Source: Octopus sinensis
Taxonomy: Eukaryota
DNA length: 64,000 nt
Assembly (NCBI RefSeq): GCF_006345805.1
Contig: NC_043016.1
Span: 18,538,001-18,602,000 of the forward strand
Reading direction: 5' to 3'
The translations under genes were made by a program, and so were the position numbers. The notes under the pieces are model-generated. The model saw only the letters and a list, made by a program, of their open reading frames with translations, did no database searches and had not been told where the DNA came from. Positions 25,757 to 40,036 of this stretch are shown one piece after another. Each line of letters starts with the position of its first letter. Position 1 is the stretch's first letter.

Positions 25757-25847
25757 ACACATTCATAACATCAATTTCAATTCGTTTTCTGCAATTTAAA
25801 TTATATATTAAATTGAATATATGTATATATATATATATATATATATC

Positions 25848-25878
<31 letters not shown>

Positions 25879-26010
25879 TATATATATCAAATTGCATATA
25901 TATATATATATCAAATTGCATATATATATATATATCAAATTGCATATATATATATATATATCAAATTGCATATATATATATATATCAAATTGCATATATA
26001 TATATATAAG
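25700..26010. repeat. (TA)n plus a TATCAAATTGCA(TA)n minisatellite
   Basis: About 5 units of 22-24 bp. Confidence 0.85.
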
Positions 26011-26380
26011 GGGATATAATATATCTATAAAGGTTTCTGTTTTATACTTACATTAAAATATTAATTAGACAACAAATTCTCAAAGGCTTCCATAAAATAA
26101 AATGAAAGGAAAGTTTAAGGTTTGGAATAGGTGTTATATAGGAGTTGTATCGCAAGTTACCGCAATATTTTATTGCTATTTCCTTCGTGTGTGTGTATGA
26201 GAGAGATTCTTATTTTTATATGAAAATCAGTATGTATGGTTTCGTTGATCATTAGTTGTAACAACTGTGCTAACACAGGGAGTCGATTAAGCTTCGGCAT
26301 TGAGGTAAGAATTTCTTTTTTGTATTGTTAGACATTCTTTGAGTTGCATTTTCTGAAATTGTATGACTAACAGACCACAG

Positions 26381-26640
26381 TGGAATCGCGTGGCTTAGTG
26401 GTTAGGGTGTCAGCATCATGATCGTAAGATTGTGGTTTCGATTCCTGGACCGGGCGACGCGTTGTGTTCTTGAGCAAAACACTTCATTTCACGTTGCTCC
26501 AGTCCACTCAGCTGGCAAAAATGAGTAACGCTGCGATGGACTGGCGTCCCGTCCAGCTGGGGAAACACGTACGCCACTGAAACCGGGAAACCGGGCCCAT
26601 GAGCCTGGTTAGGTTTTAAAATGGCGCATTTATTTATTTT
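26381..26640 (+). mobile_element. SINE head2 + tail Y
   Basis: A/B boxes; tail gtaacgctgcgatggactggcgtcccgtccagctgggg...ccgggaaaccgggccc. Confidence 0.85.
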
Positions 26641-26774
26641 TTTAACACACCACAATGATCTTAGATAGACTCTGAATGATATATGTACAGTGTGTTACAG
26701 CGAAACGGACACTCTAGATGTGTGCGAGTACACGTATATGGGTAAATGGATGGACGGATATGCCAGTGTCAATG

Positions 26775-27098
26775 AAGGGGTTCTCAACCGGGGTCCATAT
26801 GGCCCCTGAAGGTCCGTATAAGATTTGGGAGTGGGCACGAAACAAAATTATAAACTGGGGATCAAGAACAGTGTTTTAAAGGCACCCGAAGTTTTTTTTT
26901 ACTTTAGATGTATGTATTTGTATGTATTGTAAGAAACACCTGGGTTTCTTTCTCTAGCATTTTACATAGTTTAAACTACACAAGTTAAAAGAAGTACCCG
27001 TAAAGCTAATTTTTAAACATCGAATGGCTATGGGGGTCCACTAGAATAAAATAGCAATCAAAAGGGTCCATAGATGAAAAAATGGTTGAGAACCTCTG
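26775..27098. mobile_element. hAT/Charlie-like MITE (related copies at about 23591-23860, 27200-27493 and 62910-63460)
   Basis: TIR ggggttctcaacc / ggttgagaacc(t/a)ctg. Confidence 0.65.
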
Positions 27099-28576
27099 CG
27101 TCAGTGTGTATGTAGTCTGATGTGTAACAGGAGGGAGGCGTAAGGATTAAAGTATTGGCTCTGAACTGGGATTCATATGGACTCAGGAGATCCACTGTAG
27201 TAGTTTAAGGACCTATGAATATATTTTGCTTTAGATAGGTTTAGATTGCAAGAAACAGTTAGAGTTCTTTCTCTTAGCATTTTTTGTAGTTAAACATATA
27301 AAGCTGCTGAAACCTGCTTTCTCACAGATAATTATTGCATACCAACACAAATGAATGCGTAATAAACAAAATAGGAATTTTTGAAGTATCTATTAAACTA
27401 GTTTTTAAAAATCAAATGCCTATTGAGGCCCACCAGAATAATATAGTCATCGAAGGGGGTCCATAGATGAAAAGCAATGGTTGAGAACCACTGAGTTTTA
27501 AACGAACCCCAGACTTTTGTGATATAAAATCTTACTTGTGACTAAAGCAGGGAGCAAAAATGCCCGAATCTACCGAAAATGCTATGATCTACGGTCGACA
27601 GCTGATGGAAAAACGTCATGCGGCATATTTTATACAATTAAATATTTGTGATATTGGCATTCTGAAAGAATCGCTCGGATTAAGGGATATTATGAAATTT
27701 ACGGTTTCGTTTGTCATTGAATACCTACAGACGCAAAGGCTAGGAGCAGAGGAATATATCCAGGTTCCGCTAGAGAGACGTAGTGGATTTTGAATTAGGA
27801 ATTTGCACGCTTCTTGCTTTTGCCCACTCGCTTTCCATTATAGTGGTGCCAATGCAATAACAGAAAGTAGAGTAGCTTGTCTAGAAGATTAGTTTGCACG
27901 GGGCATATAAAGACAATATATATAGAACAACGAGAATTGATCTTCTGCCGCACAAATTCGGCGATAAAGGAAGAGCAGATCAAGTGTTTATCGGTGCATA
28001 AAAGTTCATTATCAGCACGTAAAAATGTTACTGAATATATGTTCATGTACGGTATATATTTCTGCATCTGTACATATGTGTATGCATTCAATGTATACGT
28101 AATATATGTCTATATGGGCATGCGCGTGGATATGCATGCAAAGTATATGCTTGTTTCTATATATGTGTATGTGTTTGTGTGAAATATATCATAGACACAC
28201 ACAAATGTATTACCAGCTGTATAAGATCGAAAATCACGAACGTAACCCTTGGGCAATGTCTGTGTGTGTGTATGTGTTAGTGTGTACACATATTTCATAC
28301 GCTTTTATGTGAACCACCGTATGGTGATATATGTCGATGTAAAATATGTATGTGTGCCTACGTAATGTATTGATATTCATATGCATTTACATATTTGCAT
28401 GTATTCATTGTAAATTCGACTGGACTGGTGCTTTAAGTTTCATGCATCCGCTTATTTCAGCTGGAGAAGTTGAAGAAGCGGGAAAACGAAGCTTGAATCA
28501 CAGTTCTTGAGCGTTATACAAACAGAACCAGCCCTGCTGTTCTATAGCTTGAAACTATTAACTATATTCAACATAC

Positions 28577-28626
<50 letters not shown>

Positions 28627-28696
28627 TACACATACAGTGTGTATGTGCGAATATATGTAATTTTTTCAGTTTCAGTAAAATTGTGCATTTATACAC

Positions 28697-28734
<38 letters not shown>

Positions 28735-28791
28735 GTGCATGTATGTTCATATATGCGCATATATGTAATATCTGTATGTGTGACTATGCGA

Positions 28792-28833
<42 letters not shown>

Positions 28834-29690
28834 TGGTCTATACGTACACAGATGTATATAGTTATGCCAAAAGATACATACAAATGTTTGTTAATATTTA
28901 TATGTATGTATATAATATATTTATACATATATGTATATATATATATATGCAGTGAGTCGGATGTCCTATTATGGCCATCCCTTATACGTTTCAATGTATA
29001 TTACATAGTCTATTGATTATTTTTTCTTTCCCACTTGACCGCTGGTAGCGGAGAATTTTTCTAGAATTTTTTGCTACCCTAAAATTTATTAATATATGCA
29101 TATATATATATACAAGTACATATGAATAAATACACATATATAGATACATATTTATATATATGAACATATGTATACAAATATATATATATACATTTATGCA
29201 TATATACATGTACAGATAAATGCATATAAATGCCTAAATATATTTAGACATATATATGCATGTATGTATACATATATATATACATGAGTGTATATCTATA
29301 TAAAAATATATACACATACATATGTGTGTATACCAGTGTGTATCAATATGTATACACTTGTGTACATGTAATTGTGTGTATGTATAAAGTTTACATGCGA
29401 ATGTGTTTGGGTATGAATATGTATATACTAGTATATGTATGCAGCAGATATATATATATATACTCGCAGCGCGGACATGTTTAGATATTCGAATGTATGG
29501 TTGTGTTTATGTTTGTATGCGTATATTTGTCTGTGTATCTGTCCGGGTGCTGTTTGCCAATGTGCTTTTGAATGGCCCAGGAGATATAACTTATTTAAAT
29601 TTGAGATTTCACAAATCATAACTTGCTTTATAACTCGACTTTGATATGCTTCAAAGTAAGAAATTCTTCAATGTCAAGCATTTCAAAAGA

Positions 29691-29741
29691 CAGTAGCGCC
29701 TCGGTTTACGAACGCCTCTGATAAGGAAATAAATCTTACTT

Positions 29742-29787
<46 letters not shown>

Positions 29788-29836
29788 AAGCACGATTTAC
29801 TCGTGATCAGAGTTGTTCGAAACCGAGGTACTACTG
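29691..29836. mobile_element. Small pogo/Tigger-like MITE with internal (TA)n
   Basis: TIRs of about 30 bp: cagtagcgcctcggtttacgaac / gttcgaaaccgaggtactactg. Confidence 0.55.
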
Positions 29837-30014
29837 TGTGTGTAATATATATATATATATACACACACATACAGTTATGTCCGTTGACTACAACTTTAAA
29901 GGTATTTTAGCTCTTATTCTAGCAATGTTGGTGCTTGGAACACCATAGTCACATTTAGTGATAATTATAATTCTCCGTTTTGGTGAACATCGCAAACTAC
30001 AGTTCGTATTAAAT

Positions 30015-30058
<44 letters not shown>

Positions 30059-30069
30059 TATTATATTTT

Positions 30070-30408
30070 ATACTACAAAATTAGAAAATGGAGAAACATA
30101 CTTAAATCAATAAAACATCAACTATCAGATGATACCCAATCAATACTTTATTACACCATTACATAACAGTAAAGGCATTATACAAAATATACAGTAAATG
30201 TAAATAGACAAGGAAATATAAGTATAAAATATAAAATTACATATTATATTTTATACTTATATTTCCTTGTCTATTTACATTTACTGTATATTTTGTATAA
30301 TGCCTTTACTGTTATGTAATGGTGTAATAAAGTATTGATTGGGTATCATCTGATAGTTGATGTTTTATTGATTTAAGTATGTTTCTCCATTTTCTAATTT
30401 TGTAGTAT
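30070..30408. repeat. Perfect inverted repeat, 165-bp arms, 9-nt spacer
   Basis: 30070-30234 is the exact reverse complement of 30244-30408 by eye. Confidence 0.92.
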
Positions 30409-31570
30409 TAATTTACGGTAATATTATTACCTTTGCCTATATAATACAATACATGAACTGATTGTTTGGCAATTTTTAACAGCCTTGTTGGGTACCTATC
30501 TAGCAGTATATTGGATATATGTTATCCCATGGTGGGTTGAATTTTCAACCCTATCTCATTTTATAATATATATATATTTACATATTATATATAGTTTATG
30601 TCTGAGTATCTTATGTAGGTGTACCTTAATGTGTGTAATAATTTGATAATGAATCACTAACATAAAGGGCAACATTTTGGGTCTTATGCAGCGCTATGAA
30701 CGGTTGTTTCTCAACATTTCTTTTGTACAAATATGCTTTCTATGCCATTGATTTGCAAATAGTCATTCTTTAAGAATCATATACAGAAGTGTCCCTTTGG
30801 TCGCCTTTAGCGAGATATTATCCCGAATGCTAGCAATTCCGAATTCTTCTTCAGAATGTATGAACATGGTCGTTAGTTCTTGCTCCGTCCGTCTCCACCA
30901 CCAACCTTCAATGCCTTGCAAACATTTCCTCTGTGCTACGTGCTGTCCTCTTAGTTCTATTCTCTCATTGATGTTTAAGCATTTGACTTATAACAGTAAT
31001 ATTATAATAGATACTGGTTGAATTCCGAAAATTTTCCATTAGCTATGTTGTTGGATTACTTGCGAAAACAATTTTAAAATGTTGATGTATATAATTTCAC
31101 GTTAATTTGCATAAATTTGTGGTTTTATTCAGTCCATGTTTGTTTTCCTAAAAGAAAAACGAAACCTTTTCTTATTTTATTTTTCATTCTTTTTGCGCTT
31201 CGCATCATTTTCACTGTTAATTGTGAAAGATACAAATCAAAAATGAAAGACAGACGTGTGTATGTGTTTATGTGTGTGTGTGAGCGTTTGTCCGTTTATT
31301 GTACAACCTGTTGAACGGTTGTGAATTTAAATCTAATGGAAGCTTTACTATATACAGGACATTAAATTCTTACATGATTCCCTAAGCTGCCAGGGGTAGG
31401 TACGTAGCTGGCCTGAAAAGTATCACCTTAGCGACAGAGTGAGGGAGGTTTTATTATCTATAAGCGTATCGTTTTGGAATTAAGATGTATTGAGAGTAAC
31501 GGGAATCGTTTTAAATACTAACACACATATATATAGGTCATAAGGGCACACAAGGCGCCTTGCTGTGTGC

Positions 31571-31626
<56 letters not shown>

Positions 31627-32021
31627 GCATCAGTAAGACCCAAAACTAATCTAATGTGTCGGGGATTAGGCTTCAATTTTCCAATATTTACGACATCAAT
31701 ATCTAATAGCGAAATTTACTTTAATTTTTCCTTTCGGCGGTATTCACAAAATATAATATTATATGATATGATATATGAAACACCCTGAGACAATTCAATA
31801 GATCATTAATGTCCCTTATGCCTAGTCAAACGATATTGTTTATTTTATTGTTGATAATGTTGTTGTTGCCGGCAGACATATTGTTACTAATACAATTGCG
31901 TGAGACATCCATTTGCAGATGTCAGCATATATTTTGAATAACAGAAATCATTCACTATTTACCAAAATTTAACAAGTAGTCAGTTACCAATATCTAACAC
32001 AAAGGCTTATACATGCAAGTT

Positions 32022-32066
<45 letters not shown>

Positions 32067-32408
32067 ATCACTTTACACAAAATACAAATCCGTACAAGTG
32101 CATACGCACACAAACACACACACACTAATAAATATATATATCTATGTCAGAGAAATTTCATTCAAAAAAATCTTCCTGTTCATAGATACAGCTAATATGT
32201 ATATATGTATAACATTTACGGTCAAAACTATTCGATTATCACTAACTCCCGAAAACAATAAATTCATATTGTGAAATATGAAACTATATTCTTATTATTA
32301 TTGTAATTATCATCGTAGCATATTCAAGCATCTGATGTGAATTTAAACTGCTGGGACACACGTTTGATGTAATGCAAGTTTAATCAAATTGCAACGCATA
32401 ATCCTTGG

Positions 32409-32442
<34 letters not shown>

Positions 32443-33264
32443 CTATATTTTGAACTATCGGCTGCAGTCGCATTATATGATGAACTGTGCCGTCAATCGC
32501 GTTGATTACATTTATGTATACATGTTTTAATGTGCAGACACTAGCCATACGCTTACAGACGCCAGTTATAACAAAGATAGAAGCGTATATCTATGTTGGT
32601 GTATACACACACACATATACATACACACATTATGACCCAATCGCAAAGAAAAGACAACAGATACTGAAAGGAAGTGGAACTAATATCGATACAGAAATTC
32701 TTATTAAAATCTTTTTTTAAGACTTCAATGATTTTTAAAAAATACTCTGTGAATAATTATATAAGACATTCTATTTGAATGTGTACGACGTTTACCATTA
32801 TTGGACGAAACCTTTGAGTTATAAAATTTTGTTAATAAATTATTAAGAATTGAAAGAATATTATTTCTATCAATAAAAAAATCGTACTCAAATTTTTGTT
32901 TCAGTTTTGTTTCTAACAATATTGGGAGTAACAATTTCATTGAAACTATTTTTTTTAACTACACAATAATGTAATATTTTTTTTAAATAAAAATTTATTC
33001 AAAATTATGTATAAAATTTGTTTGCCCTAATTCCTTGAAATGTACGCAAAGATGCAAGAATATATAAAATGAAAATATTAAAATTACAAAAAAATGTATA
33101 CAAATATTGACAGAAATCGAATACCAAAATTTGTGAAAGTAATTATAAACGTGTGTATATCTTTATCTATATCTATCTACCTATCTGTCTATCTATCTAT
33201 CTATTTATCTATCATCTGTCTGTCTGTCTGCTTGCCTGTCTGTCTCCCTGCCTGTCTGTCTGTA

Positions 33265-33549
33265 TTGTTTCAGTCATTTGACTGCGGCCATGTGGCAGCA
33301 CCGTCTTTAATCGAACAAATCGACCCCCAGGACTCATTCTTTGTAGACCTAGTACTTATACTATTGGTTTCTTTAGCCGAACTGCTAAGTTACGGGGACG
33401 TAAACACACCAACATCAGTTGTCAAACGATCGTGGGGGAGACATACACAGACATACAAACATTTATTAACATATATATGTATTTATATATACGACGGGCT
33501 TCTTTCAGTTCCAGCCTACAAAATCTACTTACTACACAGCCACTCCTGA
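33265..33549 (-). mobile_element. SINE A with internal deletion
   Basis: Reverse complement of family A tail, body and head. Confidence 0.8.
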
Positions 33550-33646
33550 CCATATATATATATGTATACGCATATATAATAAAGCTAAAATTTAAGTATG
33601 TGTACTTGGAATAAGTATACAACAAAACTTCAACCAGGCATATCTC

Positions 33647-33688
<42 letters not shown>

Positions 33689-34393
33689 TCAATATATGTA
33701 TGTATATATACATATACATGTATATATACGTATACTGATATGTCTATATTGATATATATATATGTACATATACATATATAATGTATATATATGTATATAT
33801 AAATACATAGAAATATATGTATATATACATATATTGTGTATATATATGTATTTATATACACGTATATATATATATATATATATGTTATATACATATATTG
33901 TGTATATATATGTATTTATACACGTATATATATATATATTATATATATATATATATATATGCATATATGTGTGTCTGTGTTTGTACCTCCACCATCACTT
34001 GACTTAAGTACCGATGTTGCTGTGCTTACGTCCCCATAACTTAGCCGTTTGCAAAACACACCGATAGAATGTATACTATACTTACAAAGAATAAATCCTG
34101 TTGTCAGTTTCTTCTACTAAAGCTGGTACTCCAGCATTGCCGCAGTCACATAACTGAAACAAGAAAAACAAAAACCCTGCCATTTTAGCACCGAGCAACG
34201 CCGGGTATCTCTGCAAGTAAATATATTTTTCAAATTTAGCTAGGTTTAAAATGAACCCATGAAGCGGAGAAGGCTGTAATTTATGAGATGTGTTATTTGT
34301 TTGTATAAAATATTTAAATTGAATTGAACTTATATTTCTTCAATTTATTGTTTTGTTTTCCATTTCTTATGTTTATATATGTATTTATATATG

Positions 34394-34425
<32 letters not shown>

Positions 34426-35057
34426 AATATATATATATATATAATTTAATAATATCAGAGTAAGAAAAAAATTTTGAAATTTTTAGTACCAGTGGTCAAG
34501 CGTGTAGAAAAATTAGTCAGTAGACTATATATTATTGATATAAATACAGTGTACATTTCAACGCATAAAGGTAACCATATTAGGATACCTGGCACGCTAG
34601 AAGGAATAACCAAAATTCTAACCCCTAATAGGGATAAATTTCGAAGGGATTGGAAAATAAAAACATTTACCATCTATCTCCTGGACCATGGTTTCTGACT
34701 CTATATCAGCCAATATAATATTTTGCTAGGCGGGGTCTTCATCAACTAGTACGCCTAAATTAAAAATATATATATACGAGGCAATCCAGCATGTGCCTCA
34801 TGCTTGTATATTATAATCTTTCAAATCCACCGCGCAAGCGCAGTTTTTATCGAGAGCAAATAAAAATAATGCCGGCGTTACTTCGAAAATTTGCCAAATA
34901 TTATCAATAATTATGAATATAAGAGTAATAAAAGATTTTAGAAATTTTTACTACCACTGGCCTAGCGAGTAGAAAAATTAGTCAATAGACTATATATTAT
35001 TCATATAAATACAGTGTACATTTAAACACACATAAATGTACACTGTATAAATGTATT

Positions 35058-35096
<39 letters not shown>

Positions 35097-35385
35097 ATGT
35101 ATATACATTATATACTTATATTCATTTAAAATATATACACATATATATATACGTTATATAACATATATATATTCTATATGTATATACATTTTATACTATA
35201 TATATTTGTATATATACATTTATGCTATATATATTTATATATATATACATTATATATATATATACATATATATACATTATATATCATATAATATATATAT
35301 ATTCTATATGTATATACATTTCTACTATATATATATTTATATACATATGCATATATATATGTATGTATATATATATGTGTGTATG

Positions 35386-35436
<51 letters not shown>

Positions 35437-35785
35437 ATGTAATAGCCACGTAAGGGAGTGTTAAAAACAATCCTGATGCCAGCTGGGTTTAACTAAACAT
35501 ATTGGTAGGAAGATCATCAATAAATATGTATAAAACTTTCATAAAACTTACAAAGTCAGAAAAAGACAACGGAGAAGAAAAATTGAAAAGATGCTTGATT
35601 TGTTTTATTTGTATTACTATTGGGAAAGTAATGCAAATTAAAGGATGAAAAAATTTACCTATAAGAGTATAAAAGGAACCGCCTCAACCAACAAAATAAC
35701 CCAAAAATATCTCCCCACCCAAGAAGATATTCTACATACATAAATATGTTTCAATATAACAATATTTAAGAATCATCAATAATAA

Positions 35786-36190
35786 GCGCAGGAGTGGCTG
35801 TGTGTAAGTAGCTTGCTAACCAGCCACATGGTTCCGGGTTCAGTCCCACTGCGGCATCTTGGGCAAGTGTCTTCTGCTATAGCCCCGGCCGACCAATGCC
35901 TGTGAGTGGATTTGGTAGACGGAAACTGAAAGAAGCCTGTCGTATATATGTATATATATATATATGTGTGTATGTGTGTGTGTTTGTGTGTCTGTGTTTG
36001 TCCCCCCTAGCATTGCTTGACAACCGATGCTGGTGTGTTTACGTCCCCGTCACCTAGCGGTTCGGCAAAAGAGACCGATAGAATAAGTACTGGGCTTACA
36101 AAGAATAAATCCCGGGGTCGATTTGCTCGACTAAAGGCGGTGCTCCAGCATGGCCACAGTCAAATGACTGAAACAAGTAAAAGAGTAAAA
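35786..36190 (+). mobile_element. SINE A, full length, well preserved
   Basis: All modules present. Confidence 0.9.
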
Positions 36191-36686
36191 TCGTAATTCT
36201 AAAAGATGCAATTATTTGTATATTGTTTGATCTCTTCAGGAAAAATAAGTGTGTTTTAGTCTTGAGTTATTTGACTTATTTTAGGATAATGTTTAGATAT
36301 TTTCAATGTAAACAAACTTACTTTGAAAGACACATTGTTCATATGCGTAGAAATTTATGGTTTAAAATTTAGCTAATATTGAATGTTAAAATGCTACTTA
36401 AACATCAAATCCATTTGAAAAGAAATCCACACTTACCTATCACACATACTATATTATATTTATATTCATATTTACACCTGTAAAGGTAAACGCGATGGAG
36501 GAGGCAAAAGGACGGCCGTAACCTTTCGTGAGTGGTGCAATATACGAGAAAGCTACACTAGGAAGAAGTATATAAATAAAGATCTGATAAACAACATGCT
36601 GTTTATTAATTAAATCATACAGGCCACAATCTCCTGCGATTCTAAGAAAAAACATTTTGCATTTAAATAGGGACACAAAAACAACC

Positions 36687-37068
36687 GTCGTCGTCGTGGC
36701 ACTCCGTCGGTTACGACGACGAGGGTTCCAGTTGATCCAATCAACGGAACAGATTGCCAGTGAAATTAACGAGCAAGTGGCTGAGCACTCCACAGATACG
36801 TGTACCCTTAACGTAGTTCTCGGGGATATTCAGCGTGACACAGAGAGTGACAAGGACGGCCCTTTGAAATACAGATACAACAGAAACAGGAAGTAAGAGT
36901 GAGAGAAAGTTGTGGTGAAAGTGTACAGCAGGGATCACCACCATCCCCTGCCGGAGCCTCGTGGAGCTTTAGGTGTTTTCGCTCAATAAACACTCACAAC
37001 GCCCGGTCTGGGAATCGAAACCGCGATTCTACGACCGCGAGTCCGCTGCCCTAACCACTGGGCCATTG
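36687..37068 (-). mobile_element. SINE head1 + tail X, ending in a (GAC)n-like tail
   Basis: tRNA-like head caatggcccagtggttagggcagcggactcgcgg; tail ggaaccctcgtcgtcgtaaccgacggagtgcca. Confidence 0.9.
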
Positions 37069-37449
37069 ATACCGTCGGGGAAGATTATGAAGCAGATAGA
37101 AAAGATGGGTTATAAGTACTTGAAATTGATGGAGAAAGAAATTACATAAAAAATAAGGTGGAGTACTTGCACAGACTGAGACTGAGACTGATCCTTAAGT
37201 TGAAATTAAATGGACGGAATAAGATTCTTCCATCGCACTTCCTTTATCTGCTTCCTTAATCGTTATATCTTGATTATTTTGAAGTTCTGTATGTTCCTTC
37301 CATTGTGTAATGCTAAACTTTGAGTTAATTGAGTAACTGGAGATGACTCACTAGCCAAAAACAAAAGTGAACACATCCCCCACAAAGGAAGAAATAAAAA
37401 TCTTGATGAATTTTGCTACCACATAGAGAACTTTCCCTACCACACCAAA

Positions 37450-38600
37450 ACTGAAGCAAGTGCGGTTTTAGGGCATCACCATTATTGAAAGTTTTACCAT
37501 TCAAAGAGTTTTGCAAACTTCGAAATAAATAGTTATCCGATAGTGCAAGGTCAGAGCCATATGGTGGATGTGACACCACTTCCCAACCAATTTTATTGCT
37601 ACCTAGCAATAAATTTTCACGAGTTAACAAAGACGTGTGCGGTCTAGCGTTGTCATGGTGGAACACAATTCCTTTAGGATCTGCAAATTTTGGTCGCTTT
37701 TCTTTGATTATTTCCTCCAGTTTCATTAGTTGTTGACAGTAAATATCTGAATTGATCGTTTGGTTCCTTTGAAGCAGCTCAAAATACACAACACCTTTGT
37801 AATCCCACCAAACTTACAACATGACCGTTTTTTATGCAATTCAGCTTTCGATGTGGCTTTTTTTCGCTGATTCATGACGCTTGGAACATGATCATTTACG
37901 ATTGATGTTCTTGTAGACAATCCATTTTTCGTCACCAGTGGTGATTCGTTTAAAAAAAAGATGTATTTCGTTGCGTTTGAGATGCATATCACAAATATTG
38001 ATTCGTTGTGTTAAGTTAATCGCTTTCAATCTATGTGGAAACCAAATATCGAACTTCTTAACGAGTCCAAGATAGTTTAAGTGATTTTCAGTTCTTTGTG
38101 ACAACTGACTGCAGTTTCTGTTAGTTTGCAGAACCTCTGCAATTTAACCTCTATGCAATCTCTTGCACACTTACATGATTCAATTATGACTTTGATTCGG
38201 TCATCATCAACTTCAGTATGTCGATCAGAACGTTGGTCATCTTCGAGTGAAAAATCTCCAGAACGGAATTTTTTAATCATTTCTGATTAAGCAATCAATT
38301 CTTTTAAGCAATCAACACCATAAACTTCACATATCTCTTTGTGAACCTCAGCAGCTTTCTCGCCTTTACGGAAATAAAAAACAAACAAAACATGACAAAA
38401 CAGTCGTTTTTGCAGTTCGTGTTAAAATTGACACTGAACTAACAGTTGTAAACAAAATTACGCGCAATTTGCTTCTAAAGTAAGTTAAAAGTAACAGCTA
38501 TCAAATGTCAAAAGGAAAAAGTCATAACATTGACAAAAGTCGTTCAAAAAATCGTAACTCTATTTGCGAAAAACGAAATAACTTTTTTACCAACCCAATA
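37450..38600 (-). pseudogene. Decayed mariner (DD34D, Hsmar1-like) transposase with 5' TIR
   Basis: Fragments LEDDQRSDR, WFPHRL, TGDEKWIVY, FHHDNARPH and HPPYGSDLALSDNYLFRSL in three frames; TIR tattgggttggtaaaaaagt at about 38580-38600. Confidence 0.9.
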
Positions 38601-38809
38601 ACATTAATAAATAATAGAAATGATAAGCTATTGCATTGGTTATATTTTCTAACTTCTTTCTTCCTTTTTCCCAATCAAACTATGCATTTTCTAAATCAAC
38701 GAATCAGAATGATTGTCGATAATGACGTCATCTGCAAACTGTGAAGTTTCTTCAGATTTTCTGATAACTCTTGCATTGGTTGGTAGCAGAACCAACCGGA
38801 CATTTCACA

Positions 38810-38813
38810 ATGT
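38810..38813 (+). CDS. Probable first coding exon end (ATG T) of a macrodomain gene
   Basis: acaATGT|gtaagt: A at -3, in-frame TAA upstream at 38765, strong donor; phase 1 joins CA at 40037 to give M-S-IIEKY. Confidence 0.55.
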
Positions 38814-39087
38814 GTAAGTTCATAAATATGGGTGGCCTATCTACCTAGCTATTTATTTATCCCCGTATTTACTACCTGTCTGTTTACTGCATTGTTACCG
38901 CAAGAGGAACCATGCAGTTGCTACGGCAGTGCTTTGGAGAGAGATTAATCTCTCGCTACAGCAACGTCAAATGGCCTTCACGTTCCCCTGACTTGAAGAT
39001 CCCGGATTTTTTTTTTTTTTTGTGAGGATGCCTGATAAAGAGGATTTACGTCAACAAACCGAAGATCCTGGTGCAACTGAAGGAGGA

Positions 39088-39106
39088 CATCTATCCATTT
39101 ATCTAT

Positions 39107-39179
<73 letters not shown>

Positions 39180-39236
39180 CATCTACCTGTCTATCTATCT
39201 ATCTATCCATCTATCTATCTATCCATCTATCATTCC

Positions 39237-39301
<65 letters not shown>

Positions 39302-39314
39302 CCATCCATCCAAA

Positions 39315-39387
<73 letters not shown>

Positions 39388-39432
39388 GTCGATCTATCTA
39401 TCTATCTATCTACCTATCTATCTATCTATGCC
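39088..39432. repeat. (TCTA)n microsatellite in macrodomain gene intron 1
   Basis: Direct reading. Confidence 0.95.
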
Positions 39433-40036
39433 TATCTCAGTAGATAGACAGATAGATAAATAGGAAGATTACACGTTTTATTTAACAAGTCCAAGATATA
39501 GCTTGTGTTGTTTCCCAGTGAATTCTAATGTATAACTATGCACACATGCATACAAAACTGTCCATGCGCTTATATACACTGTATTTAAACGTATAAAGTT
39601 ACACATATACACCCATATTAAGTGTCTTTACTATGTGTAACTGCTCACGCATTCACGCACATACATACATATTTATATAATTGCTTGTAGTATGGGTGTG
39701 CCGAAAAACCGAAAATGGCTGCCATTTAAACGATGTCATTTTTCGTATGTAATGCAGTAGTGCTGCAAAATTTGACTTATGCATATCAATTTCCGTTATG
39801 TCCTTTATATTGTATCAAAATATCATGCATTTATTTCTAAATTTAAGGAAGTTATTAGAAATTGAAACCCATCAGTGACTTTTGGAACACACTGTATTTA
39901 CAAGATGAATCATTAGAAATCAAAAGCAAAGCCTTTTATAGTATAAAACAACATTTGATGTACACTCAAACAAGCAGCCTTTTATTAGAAATTTATAATT
40001 TACTCTTTTTATTACTTTTTCTGGTTTGTTTTGCAG

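Noticed and set aside
30700-31080. Minus-strand open stretch (NINERIELRG...EEEFGIASIRDN) as a gene exon
   Set aside because: Bounded by stops with no clear splice sites; more likely a decayed retroelement fragment, family not identifiable.
39862-40036. N-terminal hydrophobic part of the 214-aa ORF as a membrane anchor
   Set aside because: It is read-through of the intron pyrimidine tract and a Tc1-like end upstream of the acceptor at 40036.
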